Shown piece after piece: positions 38,200-52,790 of a stretch of 64,000 nucleotides of DNA; the first letter of the stretch is position 1, and every line of letters begins with the position of its first letter. The stretch spans positions 2,666,001 through 2,730,000 of the forward strand of contig JAGIQG010000043.1 of NCBI GenBank assembly GCA_024679065.1, given 5' to 3'. The translations under genes and the position numbers were made by a program. Below the pieces are notes generated by a model, which worked only from the letters and a program-made list of their open reading frames with translations, was not told the DNA's origin and did no database searches. The stretch comes from Sphyrna mokarran. Its lineage: Eukaryota.

Positions 38200-41100
38200 C
38201 TTGCACAGATGAGCAATATCTCCCTGTTTCCACACTCACACCAGTTTGTTTTTGCTGAGAGGTCCGAGGACTGACCTGGTCTCAGACCCAGTTAATTGTT
38301 GCACTTTATGATTGGGTGGAAACTGTGACAAGAGACAATGGAAAGTGTGACATAGTACTGATGAAATTGCGCTGCTGAATGTCACGTGCATTTGTCGCAC
38401 TGTGATCGCCGCCGACGTGTCACAGGGTCAAGTGATAGAATATTCACACAGAGCTTGACTGGTTTGACACACCGAGGGGACCACAAGATAATCATTGTGC
38501 GGATATGTGCAGAAAATGTGAGTTACAGTTTAATTTATTCTCAGGATATGCAATACGGCGGTTTCGTTGAGAAGGATGAGGGCGGTGATCTCACTGTAAC
38601 TTAGAGAACACTGAAAGGCCTTGTAGAGTGGGCATGGAGAAGATCTTCAGAATAGAATAGAATAGAATAATTACAGTGCAGAAGGAGGCCATTTTAGCAC
38701 TTAGAGATTCCACTGACAATGACCCCAGACAGGCGATATATCCGTAACGTATCTTACATTCTGAGCACCCCCCCCACACCCACCTCCCAACACTAAGGGA
38801 TAATTTAGCATGGCCAATCCAACAAACCCATACATCTTTGGGTTGTGGGAGGAAGCTGGAGTGTCGACAGGAATCCCACGCCGACACTGGGAGATTGTGC
38901 AAACTCAACACAGTCACGCAAGGCCAGAATTGAACCCGAGCCCCTAAGAGCTCTGAAATAGTAGTGCTAACCGCTTTGCCACCGTCCTTTAGTTGGAGAG
39001 ACTCTGCACAGACTCAGAGTAAAGGGTTGACCCTTTCGCACCGAGAAGAGAAGGGATTCCTTCAGCCAGAGAGACGTTAATATGTGGAATTCATTGCCAC
39101 AAAAGGCTGTGAAGGCCAAGTCATTGAGCATAGTTAAAACAGAGATAGATAGGCTCCTGGTTGGCAAGTGGTTCAAAGGTTTCGAGGATAAGGCGGGAGA
39201 ATGGGGTTGAGAAGCATATCAGCCATGATCGAATGCCGCAGCAGACTCGATGGGCAGAATGGCGTAATTATGGTCCTTTATCCTTATGGGCGCATTGCTC
39301 GGCGACATGTATGATTGATTGGTGGCATTGAGTTGCCATTGTAGAATGTATTGTCTATATTATAGAAGTGTACAACACTTCGATGTTGTGCTGAGCATGA
39401 CGGAAGTTAAACTTATCCCTTTTGCCTGACCTTGATCCATATCCCTCTGTATCTTGCATATTCATGTCCTTATCTAAAAGCCCCTGAAACGCCCCTCTCA
39501 CGCCTGCCTCCAACACCACCTCAGACAGCGAGTTCCAGACTACTACCACTCTATGTAAACAATTTGCTCCTCACATTTCCTTTGAACTTTCCCCTCCGAT
39601 TTAAGTACATGCCCCTTAGCAACGGGGAGGAATTTGAAATTTCACAGTAAGTTTTTTGCAGTGTTAATATGAGCCTTACTTCTGACTAATACATTGCATT
39701 TAAACTTGAAAAGGTTGACCCATATCCTCACCTTTGATCCCTGGTTCGTGACACAATCTGCTTGCACAGAAACGGGGAAAGATTTGGATGGACTGTGTGT
39801 GAATAAATTTGAAACGCAGTGGAAGCTTTAGTGAGTTATTTCGATGCTCCCCTGATGTAGAGAACACACTGTCCGTTGATTGCCAGAATACTTCACTTGT
39901 GAATTAATTTGCCTATCTTTGACTTATCTTCCAAATTGGGCGTTGAATAAACACACGGACATGATGTCACATTCACCAGGATAGTATACATAAGATCATT
40001 CACGCAATAGGCTAGTTTTTGTTCATTGTATCAAAACTGGGAGCAGGCAGTCTGCTGTTTGCGGTTTCAAGTTGAGAGGTCCTCCCCAGGCAGTTCTGTG
40101 CGTGCAGTGCCTCAACTTTGAAAACAAGCAATTCACTGACAGCTTCTGGCTTGAAAACATTTCCATCAGTGATGTAAAGTGGATAGAATCTTGGCTCGCG
40201 ACTTGCACCCCTCGATACCGCAGAACATGCAAGCCGTCCTTGTGTGGGTAGAAGCTAGGAGCCGTGGACAGAGACAATGCGCCTCTTTGCTGTCACACCA
40301 ATCCCTCTGTTATAGGGTCGACTGACTCGCTTCATTTTCATTCTAGGTCATGCACTTATGGAGGACAGTTCAGGCACTCAGCTACCAGTAGTCGGAAGCC
40401 AAACTACAAATTCATTCTACAAATCTTTTCATATTACAGGAGAAGCGATGGCTGAGTGGCATTATCGCTGGACTATTAATCCAAATACTCAACTGCTGTT
40501 CTGCCGACCCTGGTTCTAATCCTGCCACAATAGCTGGAGGAATGTGAATTCAGTAGAAGATATGTGGAATTCAAAGTCTACTGATGACCACATAACTATT
40601 TTCTATGATCTGGGAACCCCCCCCCCCCCCAAACTTCCTCAATACCCTTTAACGAAGGGAATCTGCTCCCCTTATCTATTCTGGCCTACACGTGACTCCG
40701 GATACACAGCAATGTTGTTGACTCTTAACTGCCCCCGGGCAACTAGGGATAGGCAAAAATTGCTGGACAGCCAGCGATGTCCAAGCGATGTGATCCTTTT
40801 GTGGCAACGCGCGTTTGCCCTTATTGTCCTGACGATTATGTGATATTGTTTCCTGAGGGTTCTTAGAGAATTTACACGTTTCACCGAATTCACTGCAGAA
40901 CTAGGTCATGTTTCCAATGAGAGAATCCAATGAACATCTAATTTGCCCCATTAACAGTTCCAAATGTTTTGTCTGTTAGAATGATGCATAATGACCCTTT
41001 GCAATAACTGCCACGTTGATCAGGATTCTACTCTTTATTCTCATTGGGATTTGAAGTCTTAAGACAGCTGATAAGACGAGGGCTGATGTTTAGCAGGCAC

Positions 41101-41747
41101 ATTTTAAAATTAATGGTTTGTTTTAATTTGCATTGGCTTGAAACATCACTTGTAGTTCGTTGGTTTTCCCCTACCCCAACCGGAAATCTGAGTGAACAGC
41201 TCCCTCAAGGCAAAATGAGTGAATGATCCATTTAATAATATTGACCGGTAACTTCATCACTCTTTTGGTCGAGAACTTCACCTTTTTGGTTTCCAGATCA
41301 TCAGTAATCTGTCCTGGCCCCTTCATGCCGAAGATATGCTTAGGGAAACTCACCAATGCCTCTAGTTTCTCAGATGGCTAAGGAAATTCGACGTTTCTGC
41401 GGATAAAACACATCCTTTCCGGATGTCACACAAGTTGGTACGGCTCCTGCTCTGACCAACACTGCAAAAACTACAAATGGTTGTGAATGAGTTCATCTGT
41501 ATTTCACTGTTGTCAAATTATTTAATCAAATCTGATGAACTCATTTATCTGTCATATTGGCACTTCCTGGAATAGGCTGGGGTGCATTATCCACTGGACA
41601 CTTCTAATTGAAGTTTGTTACAAGAGATTCACGCTTGCATTTTTCACTGATGTGCTGGGTTTCCCGTCATTGAGCTTAGAAACATGATTGGAGCTTCCTA
41701 ATCTGTTAAATGTCGCAGTTAATACCTCCATTTGCTACTGAATGGAG

Positions 41748-42890
41748 CATAGAACATAGACCATAGAACACTACAGCACAAACAGGCCCTTCGCCCCACA
41801 ACTTGTGCCGAACACATCAAAACCTACCCAGCCATAGACCTATCTATAACCCCCAATCCCATTGGATCCCATATACTCATCCAGAAGTCTTTTAAAATAC
41901 CCCAGCGAGTTCGCCTCGACCACCACCGACGGCAGCCGATTCCATTCACTCACCACCCTCTGAGTGAAAAACTTTCCCCTAGCATCCCCTCTGTACTTGC
42001 TTCCCTGCACCTTAAATCTGTGCCCTCTCGTCGCGACCATTTCAGCCCTGGGAAATAGTCTCTGAGAGTCCACACTATCTATTCCTCTCAACATCTTGTA
42101 AACCTCTTTCAGGTCGCCTCTCAATCTTCGTCTCTCCAGGGAGAACAGTCCCAGCTCCCTCAACCTGTCTTCATAAGGCATGCCTCCCAACCCAGGCAAC
42201 ATCCTTGTAAATCTCCTCTGCACCCTTTCAATAGCTTCCACGTCCTTTCTATAGTGAGGCGACCAGAACTGCGCACAGTACTCCAAGTGTGGTCTGACAA
42301 GGGTCCTATAAAGCTGCAGCATTACCTCCTGACTCCTGAACTCAATCCCTCGATGAATGAAGGCCAGTACACCGTAAGCTTTCTTAACCACATCCTCCAC
42401 CTGGGAGGCCGATTTGAGAGTCTTATGGACCCGGACCCCAAGATCCCTCTGCTCTTCCACACAGCTAAGACTCCTACCTTTGATAGTGTACACATTCATC
42501 CCGTTGGATCTGCCAAAATGGACCATAACACATTTATCCGCGTTGAAGTCCATCTGCCAATTCTTCGCCCAGTCTTGCATCCTGTCGATGTCCTGCTGCA
42601 ACTTCTGACATCCCTCCAGACCATCCACAACACCACCGACCTTCGTGTCATCGGCGAACTTACTACCCATCCCTCCACTTCCTCATCCAGGTCATTTATG
42701 AAAATGACAAACAGCAAGGGTCCTAGAACAGATCCTTGGGGTACTCCACTGGTGACTGACCTCCATGCAGAAAAAGAACCATCCACAACCACCCTCTGCC
42801 TTCTGCAGGCAAGCCAGTTCCGGATCCACAAGGCCAAAGCCCCTTGGATCCCATGGCCTCTCACCTTCTCAAGAAGTCTTGCATGTGGAG
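41748..42890 (-). mobile_element. CR1 fragment (second subfamily)
   Basis: ORFs 41840..42670 and 42496..42864. Confidence 0.93.
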
Positions 42891-45231
42891 CAGGACAGCA
42901 GTTGACAGTGATTTGCTTTAGTTCTGTCTATCGCATGCTGCATTCGCCGTTTGTCACGCAAGTCTTCGTGTGCTGTACCTTAACGACGTTTCATTCTTTT
43001 TTAAGGTTCTGTCCCAGTCAGTACATTGTTCAAGTGAATTTCAAGATGGAGGAATATTGATGCATGAGCTGAGGCGGACAGTATGAGGCAAATAGCAGAA
43101 CGTTTTCTTGTCCATGGATGTGCTGTTGGCAAGTAACGTGCTCCAGAGATGTTGGGAACTCAGTGCATAAATCTGCGATTCCATCCGTGTTCAGCCTTTG
43201 TAGTACTGTAGCGCCACCTCAGGGATGGTGTTGGTAATGTCTAAGATTTCCTCGACCGGATCTGATTTCCTGAGTTTGCTGATTTCCTGAGCATGCCGAT
43301 TTACAGCTTTTTGTTTTCCTATTCGGGGGTAGGGGGTCGGCCGAGATGGCTGGGGGAGGGGTAGTAGGGAGGGGTCAGGAAAGGTATAGGTACAGAATGT
43401 ATTTCCTCTAAACTTAGAAGAGAACACTCCCCCTCCCCCAGATGTTATTAAGGTGGACTTTGAAGTGTGAACTTTGCATTTTTTTCTGCTGTTGTTTTTG
43501 GTGTCTCTATCAATATGGGGCGATTTTTCCTGATCTATTCTTATTGCACCATTTTTATATCATGAGGTGACAGAAAAACTATCTCAAAGTTCCGGAATCA
43601 TAAGTGGCCAATGTCAGACTGGGCGCAGAGTGCCCATTTCATACCCTAAATGTTTCTTTATGGCGATCGATCACGGTTTCGGAGTCTGTATAACCGGGAG
43701 ATAGTTTTGGACTGTAACTACAATTACTTCTGTTATCAATTGAAATTTAATTCCACATTTTCCGAATTCTATTGTATATCCCAAACGGATTTGTCTGGAT
43801 ATTTCGAAGGATGTGACCACCGGTGGACTGTGTCCCTGTTTTTCAATTCAAGTGGTGTATCTTCTTTTAAATGACATTTTGATTTACATATTAATGTCAT
43901 GGTTTTTCATGTGAAATATTTCATGACCAATATTCATCCCAGATTGCCTACAATCCACGTGCCAGTTTCATGTTCTATGCACAACAAATGAACTGATATG
44001 AGGCTGATTTGACACCTACATATATACATCAGCGGGGGTGAATAAGGAGACACTTGAAACGTTTTTCTTCATTGAACAAAGACCGATATGAAGACAAGAA
44101 GGAGGCTAGAAGTTAAGTGGATTATCTAAGATTCCCAAACGGATCCACTGCAGTCACGGACAGGAACTAAACGGTCAATCTAAATATCAAAGAATCTCAA
44201 CAAACAACTAAACAATGTTAAGATAATGAGTTTTTATTAGTGCTATCGATAATAATAATTACAGAAAGACATGATTGATTTCAATTTTTTTGGTCCTTTC
44301 CACGGACGGGCGAGTTTGAGAATCCCTGGGTCTTTACATGAACACTGGATGGCTTGTGGTAATATTACGGGATTTATTTTATAGATTAATTTGCTATAGG
44401 ATCTGCACCCTAAAGTGCTTGTGTTTCCCTCGCGCCTGCTGTCCTTGCCCTTCGTGTTAATCAAAGGACAAGGGTAACAGAGGGATGAAAATTGCTTTCA
44501 ATGGGGAAAATTGCTGCAGTGCATCTTGCCCGTGGTACTCACAGCTGTCACTGTGCATTGGTGGAAGAGGGAGTGAATGTGAATTGTGTGTGAAACAATC
44601 AAGTGGGGCTGCTTTACTCACCTGACCAATCCTTTACATTGCCCATGTCTTGTTGCATGCTGGGACGGAAGGTCTCAGTAACGGAGGAGTTTGGAACAGA
44701 ACATAGTGTATCGATATTTAGCCTGTAGGTGACAATTCGAAGTGGAACAATCTTCGGTTGATCTGGACTCAAGAGTTAAAAGTACAGACAGAGAGATGGT
44801 TGCCTTTGGATTTGGGTTACGATTCAATAGCTCCAAATGGAATCCTGCCAAGGTCAGTTCAATCAAGTTGGACAGGTATTGGAGAAGGGCGGTATTGTCA
44901 ACCCTGCTGCTGGCTACATGTGGAGAATGATGTGGAAGGAGAGATTATTGGAGTCACTATCCCAAATGACATGTGAGGCCTTGAAATGGACCGTGGCCTG
45001 TGAAGGCAACTGATTGGAGGGAGGCAGAAATGGAATTATGGTGAAGCTGAGTGTGGAAATGAAATCTTACAGCATATTGGAGGACGTTGGCGAGGAAAGG
45101 GATGTTGGAAATGGGATGTGAACTGGAAAGGACAAAGGTTTTAAGAGTCTAATTCTGGATTGAGGTGAGAACAGCGTCTTTGCAGTGAGGGTTAATTACC
45201 AAGGAGACGGATCTACTTACAATATAGGCTC

Positions 45232-45560
45232 AGTAAGAAGTCTCACAACACCAGATTAAAGTCAAACAAGTTTATTTGGTAGCACAAGCTACGAGCTTCA
45301 GGAGCACTGCCCCTTCATCAGGTAAATGGGAGTTCCGTTCACAATCAGGGCTTATAAAGACACAAACTCAATTTACAAAGTAATGGTTGGATTGCGAGAC
45401 TTTATTTATAATCAAGTATCGAAGGCGCAGGCAATGTGAGTGGAGAGAGGTTTAAGCGCAGGTTAAAAAGGTGTATATTGTCTCCAGCCAGGACAGTTGG
45501 TGAGATTTTGCAAGCCCAGGCAATTCGTAGGGAGTTACAGATGGTGCATACTCAATCTCA
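45232..45560 (-). mobile_element. Penelope-like element terminal fragment
   Basis: Minus strand cctgatgaaggggcagtgctcc..gct..ccaaataaac..ctggtgttgtgaga resembles fish/shark PLE termini (recognised from memory). Confidence 0.55.
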
Positions 45561-45659
45561 CATGAAACTCTTCCCACTAACAGATCCACTGGAACAAAAC
45601 TTGTTGTTGTGCCTGTTGTTCTCCCGCAATCGAGCATAAAACGTGCCAGTCCAGTACAA

Positions 45660-47345
45660 AGAACAACAACAAAGAACAACACAGCACCGGAAACTTCGGC
45701 CCAACGAGCGCGCGCCGCCGTCCTAACGTCTTAATGACATATAGGGACCAATTTGTTACCCAATCAGCTTAAGAGAACATTTTTGGGATGTGGGACGAAA
45801 CCGGAGCACCCGGAGAAAACCCACGCAATCACGGGGAGAACGCGCAAATTCCCACAGACACAGGCCCAAATCCATGTCTCTGCACAGCAACAGCGATAGT
45901 CCCTGAGCTGTCATGGTGCCCATCAGATGGTCCAGTTTAAGCATACACTACCGACGTGAAGCACTAGGCCACTCCTGAAGCAACATCCAAGAGCAGCTCT
46001 CGCATGACCTGCCGCATGCATGCCCTTGTTGGTCAACAAGGTGAATCGAACATCCTGTGGAAACAAATATGATATTTAAACAGTCCTACTATATCCCTCT
46101 ATCTGCAGACCGTTCATGTGGCTGTCCAAGAGACCCTTAAACAACCCTAGCGTGCCTGCTCCCACCACCTTACTCGGTAGTGCATTCCACACCCCCACTA
46201 CTCTTTGTGTGAAAAACTGCCCTCTAATATTCGTCTTATACATAGCCCCCCTCACCCTAAGGCCGTGACCCCTCGTTCTATCCTTTTCTAATGGTGGAAA
46301 AAGCTTACCACCATTTACTCTATCTATACCCCTCATAATCTTATATACCTCTAATAGATCCCCTCTCAGCCGACGTCTTTCAAGGGAAAACAACCCCAGT
46401 GCGTTCAATCTTTCCTCGTAAGACAGCCTTTCCATACCAGGCAGCATGCTGGTAAATCTCCTCTGCACTCTCTCCAGGGCCTCCACATTTTTCCGGTAGT
46501 ACGGCGACCAGAACTGGATGCAGTACTCCAAGTGAGGCCTAACCAACGTTCTATACAATTGCAACATTAGACTTCTACTCTTGTATTCTATACCTCTTCC
46601 TATGAAGGCTAACATACCATACGCTTTCTTTATCACATTCTCCACTTGTACTGACACCTTCAGAGACTTGTGAACCTGCACCCCCAGGTCTCTCTGCATC
46701 TCTATACTCCGGATAGTTTTACCTTTTATCCTATAACTCCCCGCTACATTTTTCCGGCCAAAATGCATCACCTCGCATGTATCCGGATTAAATTCCACTT
46801 GCCATCTATCTGCCCAATCTACCAGCCTATCTATTGTCCTGTTGGATTGGCTGGCACTGCTCCTCATTCCTGCCAATCCAAGCATCTTAGTGTCATCAGC
46901 AAATTTGCTGATCACAGCACCTACCCCCTCTTCCAAGTCATTTATATAAACCACAAATAGAAGAGATCCTAGTACTGAGCCCTGTGGCACGCCGCTAGTG
47001 ACACACCTCCAGTTGGAAAAAGAGCCTTCCACTACTACCCGCTGTCTCCTCCTCCCAAGCCAGTTCTCAACCCATCAACATACCTGGCCCTGTATCCCAT
47101 GCGCCTTCACCTTTTCTATCAGCCTACCATGAGGAAACTTGTCAAACGCCTTACTGAAATCCATGTAGACGACATCAACGTCTTGTCCTTCACCAACTGT
47201 TTTTGTCACCTCTTCAAAAAATTCCACTAGATTTGTAAGGCACGACCTCCCCTTAACGAAGCCATGCTGCGTATCCCTGATCAGATCGCAGCGCTCCAGA
47301 TGTTCATACATCCTGTCCCTGAGGATCCTCTCCATTAGCTTACCA
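45660..47345 (-). mobile_element. CR1 LINE, same subfamily as 20134-21940
   Basis: ORFs 46076..47032 and 47075..47335, with the same 3' UTR. Confidence 0.93.
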
Positions 47346-48934
47346 GTCTCCTAAGCATGCCGCCAGTTGCTTTGTCATACAATCATTGAAGTCATGAACG
47401 GTACGTTCCACTAGCCTATGGTTGAAAAGTGATCAGGTGCTGCTAAAATATGTTGGTAACCTTTGGAGAGCATGCATTGTTAGAAATTAGCGCCAGTAAA
47501 GTCCTCGCCGTTTGTAGGAAAACAGTCATCCTGGTATTCCTTCTACACTGGTACCTTGGTATGCCATAATATCTAGATCAATGTCTGAAAAGTAGTGTAG
47601 CCCTCTCGGTGCATCTGCAATCCATTTAAGTAGAAGTGCACCACGATTAAACCCGAGGAACTCATTAATGCCCATAGGCACTCATGGCCCTTCCAAGGCA
47701 CTCCCAGATGTGTAGGAAAGCTAAGGGAGGGCGTATTTGATTTTCCTGGCACCGATCACATTGGTTCACCAACTGTGATAACAACATCTGGAAGATATCT
47801 CGGACGAAGCTCCAAACCAGCGCGTTTTTTCAAATAATCTCAGGGAGACCCTTATTTCGTTGACTTGGAGGCCGTGCGGAGGGCGGAAAAATAATCGGAC
47901 AGCCGAGGAGTGACCCCGTCCTCCGCATGAAGTAAGCTTCCTTAATGAGGTATGTTTTCATGTTTCCAAGGATGGTCCTTCGGATCCGCCATGCAGGATC
48001 ACTGACTAATTTTAGGTCAGATAGAATCATTAGAGACGTTAATTTGCACTCTGGCCACTGGAAAGGTCCCCAAAATATTGAGAGCCTTCATTATCCCCTT
48101 TTAATGCTGGTAAGTGAGCCAGGCTTGTGGCAACCAGAGATGTTGCAATGCATCAACATTAACTATCTGGATTCCGGATCGCTGTTCCTGAAGATATTTG
48201 CAGGCTGACAATAAAGTCGAGCTATATCGGGACAGAGACTTTGGGGAGAAAGGGAGGTGGGACTGGTGGTAGGTGGAGAAAGAATGTGGAATTGCCTTAT
48301 CCACTTGTAGAGGCTTAATAGGTATTACAAAGAACAAAGAACAACACCACACGGAAAACACCCAACAAGCCCGCACCACCATTTTAACATTGCGAGTGCA
48401 CACGTCTACCTAAACCTTTGTCTACACCTATTGGGGAATATTTAGGGAAGACTAATTTAGGGACAATTTGATAACACCAATTGTGTTTATGTTTGGTAGC
48501 TAATTAAATAAACAATCTGAAACTGTTGATGGAAGTTCTGGACACCAAATTCAGCCTCGGCTCTGACAAAGGGTTATTCAGAACCCACAGCTCAGAAACG
48601 TTGTTCCTATTGTCTCTCCACTGATGCTCTCAGACCTGCTGAGATTTTCCAGAATTTCCTGCTTCTATTTCAGATTCCAGCACTAAATTGCTTTCAGCCA
48701 ATTTATTAGAAGTGGCTTTACAACTCTAATCGGCTCTCGGAATCTGTATTGTTGGCTTATTATTCCATCACCTTTTGAAAATTCATTCTGTTGGCTATTT
48801 ATAGCTGAAATCACAACCACACCCATTTGCTCAAATCTAGAATTACTAATTTTCCCAGTCTGCTCAGATGCAGACGTGGCGGGTCATGGTCACAAAGCCC
48901 TATCATTGCAGATGTCACCATTACAGATGCCAGA

Positions 48935-50090
48935 TCAGTCTTCTCGAAGGTGTACCTACGGAAAGCGATGGGCTGGGATGGGGTACCAGGATGAGCACTC
49001 AGATCCTGTGCAGATCAGCTGGCGGGAATATTCACAGACATCTTCAGTCTCTCTTTCCAACAGCCTGAAGTCCCTATCTGCTTCAACAATATCATCACCA
49101 ACCCACTACCAAAGTAAAGCCTTAATAAAGCGTGAGGTCCCTATCTACTTCTAGAAGACAATCACCAACCCACTGCCAAAGTGTGCCTTAATAGCTATCG
49201 TCATGTGGCTCTGACATCCATCACTATGAAGATCTTTGAAAGGCTAGTCATGACATAATCAATTCCAGCCTCCCAGACTGCCTGTATCGACGACTTTTTG
49301 CCTATCACTGCAACCGCTCCGCAGCAGACGTTATCTCTCTAGCCCTGCACTCAATTCTGGAACACAGAGGTAACAAAGGCACCTACGCCAGGCTCCTTTT
49401 TTATTGACTATAGCTAACCGTCAACACCATTATTCCTACCAAGCACATCTCCAATCTCAATGGCTTGGGCCACGCCCCCTTCCTCTGCCCCTGGATCCTG
49501 AACTTACTAATCCACAGACCACAATCAGTAAGAATAGGCAACAATGCTTGCTGTGATGATCCTCAACACAGGTGCCCCATACGACTGTCTTCTCAGCCCC
49601 CAACTATACTCCTTATAAACCTATGACTGTCTGGCCAAATTCCCCTCCAGCTCCATTTTTCGAGTTTGCTGATGACATCACGGTCGTCAGTCAGACCTCA
49701 AACAATGACGAGACAGGATTGTAGGAATGATATCGAGACTCTGGTGAACTGATGCGGCAATAATTATCTCTCCCTCACTGTCAGCAAAACGAAGAAGATT
49801 GTCATTGACTTCAGGAAGTGTAGCAGAGAACATGCCCCAGTCTATATCAGTGGGAACGAATTTAAACGAGTCAAGATCATTCCTGATATTGCTTTTCTGC
49901 TACCATCAGACTTTGAATGGACCTATCTTGCATTCAGTTGATAGTTGATCTTTCTCTACACCCTAACTCTGACTGTAACACTGCAATCTCACCCTCTACT
50001 TTCTTTCTCTAGTGCTTTGTATGTAGAGCGCATATGAAACAATATCTTTCACTGTATACTCATACATGTGACAATGATAAATCCAATCAA
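48935..50090 (+). mobile_element. Decayed Rex/Babar LINE RT region and 3' end
   Basis: Degenerate KA.G.DGVP..LRSCADQLAGIFTDIF, FADD and KTK.IVIDFRK coding. Confidence 0.8.
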
Positions 50091-50351
50091 CACATAGACC
50101 CGCACACAGCTAGAATCTCTCTGTCTCTCTCACTCATACAAAGGCGCACACACAGCCGAAATCTCTCTGCCTCCCTCACATACACACGCACAGACGCACA
50201 CACAAGCAGAATTTCTCTCGCACACAGGCGTAACCAGGGTCTTTCTCGCTCTCTGAATCACAAGCACACACGTGTAAACGGGCGAACACACACACACCTT
50301 TAGCAATGTACCTTCTGTTGGATACTGTCAGAATAACACAACCAAGTATAC

Positions 50352-50385
<34 letters not shown>

Positions 50386-50895
50386 GCACACACAGAAATA
50401 ACCTTTATCGTTCTCTCTCCCCATCACGCAAACATAGTTTTATCAATCTACCCTTTGCTTGATTATGTTAGAATCACAAACCCCCGCAGACACAGAGACA
50501 GCCACAATTTATCTGTCTATCTGCCTGTCTTTTTCTTTCACAGACACATGTACACACAAAGAAACACACAGGCCTTTACCAATCTACCCTTTGCTGGAAA
50601 ATGTCAGAATAACACACAAATACATACACAAAATATGCACACACATAGCAACATCTCTCTCTCTCTCATTCTCTGTCACAGACACACACACACACACACA
50701 CAGACACACACACACACAAAACATAAACACGCATGTACCAATCCAGCCTTTCCTGATAATATCAGAATCACATACCCACGCAGACACACAGATAGCCAGA
50801 ATTCCTCTCAACCTTTCTCTCTGTTTCTCTTACCCTCTCGTACACAAAAGTACACACACCTTAACCAATCTACCCTCTGCTGGGTAACGTCAGAA

Positions 50896-50939
<44 letters not shown>

Positions 50940-52455
50940 AACACTCTTCCCACTACTGGATGATGTCAGGAACGGACACTTACAAATCCACAATCTCTGC
51001 TGGGACTGTCAGAATTTCATTGGACGCGACATTACCGGAACCAACTTTGTTTAAGATTATTTCGTTGTGTGTTGAGTGTATCACACGCGTTTCACATCAC
51101 ATTGAAAGTAAGATTTTAGTCTCCACTCGCAGTGGTTCCATTCTTATTGAATACGTTTGTGATTCGCCTCTATTTTATTAGCAGCGTTTTCAATACAGCA
51201 ACACCCACCTCTCAATAAAGAGTCCGGTGCTGCAACCCCGCCTTAAACCTGTAAAACATTTCATATTAGGGAAATATATAAATATAGAAATTAGATTCCT
51301 ATCTGTTTATTCATTGGGTATCAAACACGTATCTGCTTTCACGAGGGATGATGATTAATAAGAAAATAATTAAATTTGGATTAAATAAGATTACTTTTCA
51401 AATTGAAATATCTAGTCAGTAAACAGAACTATTTGGCTGTTAGACATGACCAATCAATCCANNNNNNNNNNNNNNNNNNNNNNNNNNNNNNNNNNNNNNN
51501 NNNNNNNNNNNNNNNNNNNNNNNNNNNNNNNNNNNNNNNNNNNNNNNNNNNNNNNNNNNNNNNNNNNNNNNNNNNNNNNNNNNNNNNNNNNNNNNNNNNN
51601 NNCTGACAAGAAAATATTAGACTAGAGAGGCATCGGTGTCAGCACAGACTTGGTGGACCAAAGGTTTTGTTTCTGTATTGTAATATTCTTTGTTCTTTGC
51701 TCACACTCATGCTCACAAATACACTGATACACACATATTCACACACACACACACACACACACACACTTCTGTATCCTGTAAGTCTCTGCCGTCCCATGTT
51801 GAAAGGGAAATGTTCCCAATTCCTCACAGTTCATTGCTTCAAAAAAAATGGAAAACGGTTTTCTGGCTCCTCTAGCGGTGAGAGGATTTGCTCTGTATGG
51901 GTATTACTGAAAAAAAAAACTTCTTGCGGGTTCGGAGGGTCAAGCTAACTTCTTGTTGTTTTGAATAACAGCGTCTCCTAATGACGCACACAAACACACA
52001 CATACAAATGCATACACCGACACATGCTCTCTCTCTCTCAGTGACACACACACACACACACATACACAGTCTCTCTCTCACACACACACAGCCACAGACA
52101 CTCACAAACACTTGCACATACACTTATACATTCACACACACGCATTCATACANNNNNNNNNNNNNNNNNNNNNNNNNNNNNNNNNNNNNNNNNNNNNNNN
52201 NNNNNNNNNNNNNNNNNNNNNNNNNNNNNNNNNNNNNNNNNNNNNNNNNNNNNNNNNNNNNNNNNNNNNNNNNNNNNNNNNNNNNNNNNNNNNNNNNNNN
52301 NNNNNNAAAATATTAGACGAGAGAGGAATCAGTGTCAGCACAGACTTGGTGGGCCGAAGGGTTTGTTTCTGTATTGTAATATTCTTTGTTCTTTGTTCAC
52401 ACTCATGCACATAAATACACTGATACACACATGTACACACACACACACACAAAGA

Positions 52456-52488
<33 letters not shown>

Positions 52489-52790
52489 TGTTAAACATAT
52501 ATAAACGCATACATACACACTCATGCACTTAAACACATTCTCAAACGCACTGACATTCTGACGTGCACACACACACACTCATACATGTATACACACTCAT
52601 GCCCACACTTATAGACACTCAGACAAAAAACAGACATACACTCGCGCACATACACACAGATAAATTCATACACTGACACACACTCACACTTACATATTAA
52701 GCTGATTCACTGACACACACACTTACTCACACTTCCTCACATATAAACACACTCTCTCATACACTGATATACACTCGAACACTTACACTT
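50090..52790. repeat. CA-rich tracts with two assembly gaps (51462-51602, 52153-52306)
   Basis: Directly visible in the sequence. Confidence 0.85.

Noticed and set aside
42254-43060. 268-aa plus-strand ORF (also 59230..60001 on the minus strand)
   Set aside because: Antisense shadow frames of CR1 ORF2.
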